Source of the DNA: Myxococcota bacterium
GTDB taxonomy: Bacteria > Myxococcota_A > Polyangia > JAAYKL01
Length of the DNA: 64,000 nucleotides
Reading direction: 5' to 3'
Assembly (NCBI GenBank): GCA_028278265.1
Contig: JANQET010000013.1
Location: 10,681-74,680 of the forward strand
How positions within the stretch are numbered: position 1 is the first letter of the stretch; every line of letters begins with the position of its first letter. The notes below the pieces were generated by a model. That model was not told where the DNA came from. It saw only the letters and a list, made by a program, of their open reading frames with translations, and searched no databases. Shown here in pieces: positions 58,940 to 64,000 of the stretch. A program made the translations under genes and the position numbers.

Positions 58940-61255
58940 ATGAAAAAGACATCCATCATTTATGTATTCCTGCTCGCAACGGCGTGCGGGGGGGTTGAAA
59001 CGAAAGTCACCACCATCGCTGCGGTCGACGAGACCGCGGCCCAACCCGAGGAGGTCAAGCCCACAGCACCACCGCCGGCGCGTCCCCTTACTCCTGAGGA
59101 GCGATTCCGCCTCGGCTTCACCAATCCCGGTGGCATGTGGATGCCGTCACAAATGACGCTGCCCCAACACCGGGAGAACTTCGAAAAGATGGGGGTGGCG
59201 ATTCCGGCGGAGAAACTCTCCGATCCCCTGACCCATCCCCTGGGGGCGATTGTCTTTTTGGGAGGTTGTTCCGCCTCCTTCGTATCTCCGGACGGACTGG
59301 TGGTCACCAATCACCACTGCGTCCAGGGGGCCTTGCGACACAATTCCACGCCGGAGAAAAATCTCGTCGAAGATGGTTTCTTGGCCCAAAACCGGTCAGA
59401 GGAAGTGAGCGCCGGTCCGGCAAACCGGGTCCTGGTGGCCCAGGCATTCAAGGATGTGACCGGGGAGATGCGGGATGGACTCGAAAAAATTCGCAATCCG
59501 ATCATGCGCAAAAAAGAGAAGGACAAGCGGTACAAATCCCTGTTGGCCGCCTGCGAGAAGGACCGGCCGGAGTTGCGGTGCACCCTCTCCTCATTTTTCA
59601 ACGGCAATCATTACGTGATGATCGAGTACCTGCAGATTCGCGACGTGCGATTGGTCTACGTGCCCAAACGATCGGTGGGCAACTACGGCGGTGAAATCGA
59701 CAACTGGGCCTGGCCGCGGCACACCGGCGACTTTTCGTTCTACCGGGCCTACGTGGGGCCCGACGGCAAGCCCGCGGACTATTCAACAGACAACGTGCCC
59801 TTCAAACCCAAGCACCATCTCAAGGTGTCCACCGAGGGGGTCAGGCGGGGCGATTTCGTGATGATCGCCGGCTATCCCGGACACACCGAACGGGCCGCCA
59901 CCGCGGCCGCGATTCACCACGACGTCAACTGGTACTACCCCTATGCCATCGAATATGCCAAGCAACGCTACAAAGTGGTCGAGAACCTGCTCGCCTCCCC
60001 CAAGCCGGACAAAGCCGCCAAGATCAAAATCGGCGTGGCCAAGCAGTGGGTGCAAAACGGGCTGGAGCGCAATCAAGGGGTCCTCGCCGGGCTGACCCGA
60101 GGGGATCTGTTGGTGCGCAAGGACAAGCTGGACGCCCAGATCAAAGCCTGGGCCGCCGAGAAGGGCCGGGAATCCTTCAACGCCGACATCGAAAAGCTCG
60201 AGGCAATCGAAGCCAAAAAGCGCCAGACGACCCGGGCCGATTACGATCGCCGTTCGGCTTACCGCAGCTCCCGCCTGCTGCGCACCGCGTTCGAGCTGGT
60301 GCGCATGGCCGAGGAACGGACCAAGAAGGACGCGAACCGCAAGCCCGGGTACCAGGAGCGGGATCTGCGCCTGCGGGTGGCACGGCAAAAAGGGTTTGCC
60401 CGGGCCTACGATCAAACACTGGATCACGCGTTTTTTCGACTCGCCTTGATTCGCGCAGCTGAGTTGCCCGAGAAGGAGCGGCCCTGGTTGCGTCGACTCC
60501 TCGGACTGAAGAAAAAGGTCAAGGTCGGCCCCAGTGCAATCGATGAAGCGTTGACCAAAATGTACGCCGAGACCAAGCTCACCGACGATGCGGTGAGGAT
60601 CGAGATGCTCAAAAACGGCACCAAGGCCAAGCTCAAGAAGCTCAAAGATCCGTTCATCAAAGCGGCCTACGCGGTCTGGCCCCAAGTCAAAGCCGAAGAG
60701 AAAAAGGAGGACGCCCGCAAGGGGGAAATGCTGCTCGTCAAACCGGCCTATGCCCACGCCATGCGGGAGGTGCTCGGTGGATTCCTCGCCCCGGATGCCA
60801 ACGCCACCGCGCGGATCACCTACGGCACGGTGCGCAGCTTCACTCCCCAGTTGACCGATGAACCGAACTGGCCGTTCACCACTGCCAAGCAAATCCTCAA
60901 AAAAGACAAAGGCGAAAAACCGTTCGACGCCCCCAAGGCGCTGATCGAAGCGGTCAAAGCAAGGCAGTACGGCCCCTACGCCCGGCCCGAGCTCGGCGAC
61001 GAGCTGCCGGTGGATTTTCTCAGCGATCTGGACATCACAGGGGGCAACTCGGGCTCGGCCACGCTCAACCACAAAGGAGAATTGGTGGGCCTGGCCTTTG
61101 ACGGCACCATCGCCGGCGTGGCCTCGGACGTGGTGTTCAACGCCACCTCCAGCCGCACCATCTCCGCCGACGTGCGCTACATGCTGTGGGTGATGGACAA
61201 ATTGGACGGGGCAGACCACCTGCTGGAGGAGATGGGGGTTACTCCGGCGTTGTAG
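58940..61255 (+). CDS. S46 family dipeptidyl peptidase lipoprotein (DPP7-like)
   Basis: Lipobox ATAC; GGMW.P, GCSASFVSPDGLVVTNHHC, NWAWPRHTGDF, PDAN.T.R.TYG, DITGGNSGS and GLAFDG motifs. Confidence 0.95.
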   Translation: MKKTSIIYVFLLATACGGVETKVTTIAAVDETAAQPEEVKPTAPPPARPLTPEERFRLGFTNPGGMWMPSQMTLPQHRENFEKMGVAIPAEKLSDPLTHPLGAIVFLGGCSASFVSPDGLVVTNHHCVQGALRHNSTPEKNLVEDGFLAQNRSEEVSAGPANRVLVAQAFKDVTGEMRDGLEKIRNPIMRKKEKDKRYKSLLAACEKDRPELRCTLSSFFNGNHYVMIEYLQIRDVRLVYVPKRSVGNYGGEIDNWAWPRHTGDFSFYRAYVGPDGKPADYSTDNVPFKPKHHLKVSTEGVRRGDFVMIAGYPGHTERAATAAAIHHDVNWYYPYAIEYAKQRYKVVENLLASPKPDKAAKIKIGVAKQWVQNGLERNQGVLAGLTRGDLLVRKDKLDAQIKAWAAEKGRESFNADIEKLEAIEAKKRQTTRADYDRRSAYRSSRLLRTAFELVRMAEERTKKDANRKPGYQERDLRLRVARQKGFARAYDQTLDHAFFRLALIRAAELPEKERPWLRRLLGLKKKVKVGPSAIDEALTKMYAETKLTDDAVRIEMLKNGTKAKLKKLKDPFIKAAYAVWPQVKAEEKKEDARKGEMLLVKPAYAHAMREVLGGFLAPDANATARITYGTVRSFTPQLTDEPNWPFTTAKQILKKDKGEKPFDAPKALIEAVKARQYGPYARPELGDELPVDFLSDLDITGGNSGSATLNHKGELVGLAFDGTIAGVASDVVFNATSSRTISADVRYMLWVMDKLDGADHLLEEMGVTPAL

Positions 61256-61377
61256 GTGATTTTCCTCACATAGATTTTCAATCCATATTCAACGGCCAAT
61301 CACCAATCACGGCAGCGGTACCTCTAGCCTGGGCTGTTCAGGCTAGCCTCAACAACGCACGAAAAGGAGCGGATTGT

Positions 61378-62199
61378 TTATTCCCGATATCCACGACAGA
61401 TCTGTCGACCCTGTTTAGAAAGGATCAGGATGGAGTGGCTGACAGAGATTCGGCGTCCGACACCATCACAATACCCCTCAGCGGATAGTTGTGACCACTT
61501 CCCTTCGGAGTCGCTCCACCGGTGGACGTGTCCCTCGTGTCCCTTCTCTCTCCCCACGACATAGACGTCGGAACCGGAGTAGTGAAAATCGATAGCGATA
61601 TCGTTGGCCCGCATATTCTGCTCGGGTCCGTTCATCAGGCTCCAGTACCAACCGCTCCATCTAAAGACGAGACCCGCTTGGGTTACGACCCAAGGGAACC
61701 CATTGTCATCCACAGCGATCCGTACCGCCGGATCAGAGGCGTCCGGAGCCGGACGGGCCTCCCATTCGTTGCCGCCGAGATAGACGTATACCTTACCGTC
61801 ATTGCCGATGATCCATACCGTATCATCGCCCCCGATACCGATGTCGGTGGCCAAAACATCGCCCGTGCGGAAATGCCATCCACCACTGCCGTTCGACTCG
61901 AACACATCGCCCCAGGAGTTGACCACCCAAGTGACCCCCCAGGGGCTCACCGCCACCGAGGTGGCCCAACCGTTCCACACATCCCAGCGCCATCTGTCCT
62001 CATCCCAACTAAAAATCCGGCCATTGATCCCGGCGAACCACGGACCGATAATGCTCGTTTGCATATCAGGAGTAAACGTCCCACCAGCACCCACATCGGT
62101 TGCCTCACCGGGTAGATAATGCCACCAGATGGCGAAGCTCGGATGTGCAAAACAGCTCACGACCAGAACAACCAAGGCCATCATTTTTAATTTTTTCAT
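61378..62199 (-). CDS. Secreted tectonin-repeat (beta-propeller lectin-like) protein
   Basis: Signal peptide; repeated ATDIGIG/AVRIAVD..G.PWVV...G.VFRW....W blades. Confidence 0.75.
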   Translation of the reverse strand: MKKLKMMALVVLVVSCFAHPSFAIWWHYLPGEATDVGAGGTFTPDMQTSIIGPWFAGINGRIFSWDEDRWRWDVWNGWATSVAVSPWGVTWVVNSWGDVFESNGSGGWHFRTGDVLATDIGIGGDDTVWIIGNDGKVYVYLGGNEWEARPAPDASDPAVRIAVDDNGFPWVVTQAGLVFRWSGWYWSLMNGPEQNMRANDIAIDFHYSGSDVYVVGREKGHEGHVHRWSDSEGKWSQLSAEGYCDGVGRRISVSHSILILSKQGRQICRGYRE

Positions 62200-62337
62200 C
62201 AGAAGACTCCTTTTGTACCTTCAATACTTGAACCCATTCAGTTCGGCCATTGTTGACCGAAAAGACGAAAACCGTCAGAAATCAAATGAAAACGCGTTCA
62301 ATAAATCACGTCCATCCGGCGCAATCCAAAAGCCAGA

Positions 62338-62720
62338 TTAATTGAAATCATTTTTATAGATATACCCTTCAAAATTGATGACATAGGCAATTTGCTCATC
62401 CACATCGACAGCATAGAAGTAGGTGTACTTCGATGATTGCATTCTATCCCAATAGCTGCCCTCAATGAGGAACCACGGTTTCCCCGCATGATTTAACGAT
62501 ACCGGCAAATTCCACCCCCCTGGACTGCGGGAGTTATCGATGCCGATGTCAATTGCTGTGTAGTCGTACCGAGAAGTTCCGTTATCATAATAGAAATTCA
62601 AGTGATCCCAGCCACCGTAGCCGTCACCTCTAAATACATCGCCGAGATCGTTAATCACATATGGCCTGTTTTCCGTATCCACCCACGGGCCGGCCCCTTG
62701 CATATCGCACCGACGTGCAT
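62338..62720 (-). pseudogene. Degraded tectonin-like paralogue fragment
   Basis: PYVINDLGDVFRGDGYGGW..AIDIGID resembles WVVNSWGDVFESNGSGGW..ATDIGIG of the neighbouring gene. The upstream part of track ORF 62338..63060 does not look protein-like and has no signal peptide. Confidence 0.45.
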
Positions 62721-63213
62721 TGAAAGTTCTGTGCCAATGCCACCCCAAATGGCCCTGGTTTTCCCTTGATGAGCGGGATTCTCTTTCAGGCTCTACCACT
62801 AATCGATTCAAGCCCGACGCAGACAGCATGGAACAAGCATTGAAAAACGATATAAATCGCACCCAATTCAGCGCATAATGCAACTTCTTTGAGGAGATGT
62901 TACGTAACTTTTTGTGCCACTCGCATGGCACAAGCGTAAACCTCAGAACGCTGCCCCCAAGCGTCCTTGAAACTGCAGGGCTATTCGCCTTCAACCATCG
63001 ACTACTACTCGCGCTCGCTGCGCAGGATTGTCGAGTGATCACTTTTCGATCACTTTTCAATCACTCTATTCGCACTATTCGTGTGATGATCGTGGAAACA
63101 GGACGTATGAGAAGTCAGCAACTAGACTGTCGCCAATGATTTGGGATGAGTAGGATGGGCCACACAACAAAGGAAGCTGATGTTTGATTCGTGAGAAATA
63201 ACGCGAGATTCTG

Positions 63214-64000
63214 TCAATCTTTGTTCGAACGGGCAACCATAGGGTGTTGCCCCTGGTACTCGAAACAACCGATGTCGACGTAGTCGCACTCACCCGATCC
63301 GGTGTTTGCAACATCGGGATCATCGTATCTCGCCAACCCAAGCAGATCCAACTCAGGTGCAGTGTCACCGTTTGCCGCATCGATACAAGGCGAACCAGCC
63401 TGAAAATCGATATCAAGATCTAGATCAATGGCATTCTCACCCCAGATATCGACCCGAATACCCTCTGGCGCAGGCTCATCTAGTGCGGGGACAAAAGTGA
63501 TCTCGTCACCACTAACGACAGCTGTGACAGTCCTGGCGATGCCGTCGTCTCCTATTTCGATAATATAATCGGGGGATATAGTGGTGGTTTTATGACCGAG
63601 AACTAGTGTTGTTGTGGTTCCCGGACTGTTAGCGAAAGTCGTCTCCAAGGGGACATTGGTATAGAGCGGGTCGGCATCGATGACGCCGGAACCGTCGTAG
63701 GGGCGATCTTGAATGTTGCTGAAGGAAGCCGTAACAGTACCGCTCGACGTGAGTATTTGTTCCGGGAAATTTCCGTAGATCAGGCTGTTGTCGATATCAA
63801 GGGAACAACTCTCGGGACAGAAGACCGCGCCGCCAGTAGATGCAGCCGAGGAGTTGTGGCCAAATGTGCAGGCATTAATCGCAAGAAAATCTGTGCCTGT
63901 ATAACATAAAGCGCCTCCGCCTCTCTGACCAATATTTCCGGTGAACAGACAATTGGTCAATGAGACGGGTGCTCCCAAAATGGCCCCTCCGGAGTCAACC
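63214..64000 (-). CDS. C-terminal part of a Pmp-repeat/parallel beta-helix protein with choice-of-anchor-Q-like end (5' part outside the window)
   Basis: FTGN..GGGAL and FGHN..GGAV repeats, SNIQ, IDADPLY and GSPCIDA...DL.G.AR...DIGCFEYQ; frame open to the window edge. Confidence 0.8.
   Translation of the reverse strand, partial: VDSGGAILGAPVSLTNCLFTGNIGQRGGGALCYTGTDFLAINACTFGHNSSAASTGGAVFCPESCSLDIDNSLIYGNFPEQILTSSGTVTASFSNIQDRPYDGSGVIDADPLYTNVPLETTFANSPGTTTTLVLGHKTTTISPDYIIEIGDDGIARTVTAVVSGDEITFVPALDEPAPEGIRVDIWGENAIDLDLDIDFQAGSPCIDAANGDTAPELDLLGLARYDDPDVANTGSGECDYVDIGCFEYQGQHPMVARSNKD
63231..63254 (-). repeat. REP-like palindrome embedded in the 3' end of the CDS
   Basis: Plus strand GGGCAAC-catagggt-GTTGCCCCT, same family as 54074-54100. 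Confidence 0.55.

Noticed and set aside
63037-63080. Short direct repeats gatcacttttc (2-3 copies)
   Set aside because: Too short and degenerate to support iterons or a CRISPR remnant.
1-64000. tRNA, rRNA, integrase, transposase or phage genes; recoded (Sec/Pyl) ORFs
   Set aside because: None recognised by eye and no gene appeared split at an in-frame TGA or TAG; a tRNAscan or Rfam run would be needed to exclude small RNAs.

Overview
This is 64 kb of GC-rich bacterial chromosome, most likely a Myxococcota or other deltaproteobacterial lineage. The assignment is inferred from Asp-Ser/Asp-Thr repeat lipoproteins, a MYXO-CTERM-like sorting signal, a long NusA and the gcvT-H-PA-PB layout. In order, the window holds: a czcCBA-type heavy-metal RND operon preceded by a His-rich leader ORF; assorted metabolic genes; a beta-1,3-xylan/xylose operon (GH26, xylB, xylA, GH43) and a GH1 beta-glucosidase; a lipoprotein/porin/small binding-protein module; a glycine cleavage and lipoate cluster in which a single-cysteine Nox/CoA-disulfide-reductase-like flavoprotein sits where lpdA is usually found; the rimP-nusA-ylxR-infB-DUF503-rbfA-truB operon with an RbfA-NrnA(DHH) fusion; a serpin; an orphan Dam-like methylase next to a 164-bp palindromic element; a beta-glucan locus built around a glycoside hydrolase fused to a predicted outer-membrane beta-barrel, with accessory lipoproteins, a GH16 and a ROK repressor; C25 and S46 peptidases; and an AT-richer tail with tectonin-like and Pmp-repeat genes. 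The strongest candidate for an undescribed system is a non-SusC/D polysaccharide-utilisation system. Its core is the hydrolase/beta-barrel fusion plus lipoproteins. It is linked to the xylan and GH1 genes 30-40 kb away by five copies of a XylR-like operator (GTTTGTT-N5/N9-AACAAAC), read directly from the sequence. All family assignments come from motif recognition by eye; no database search was run.
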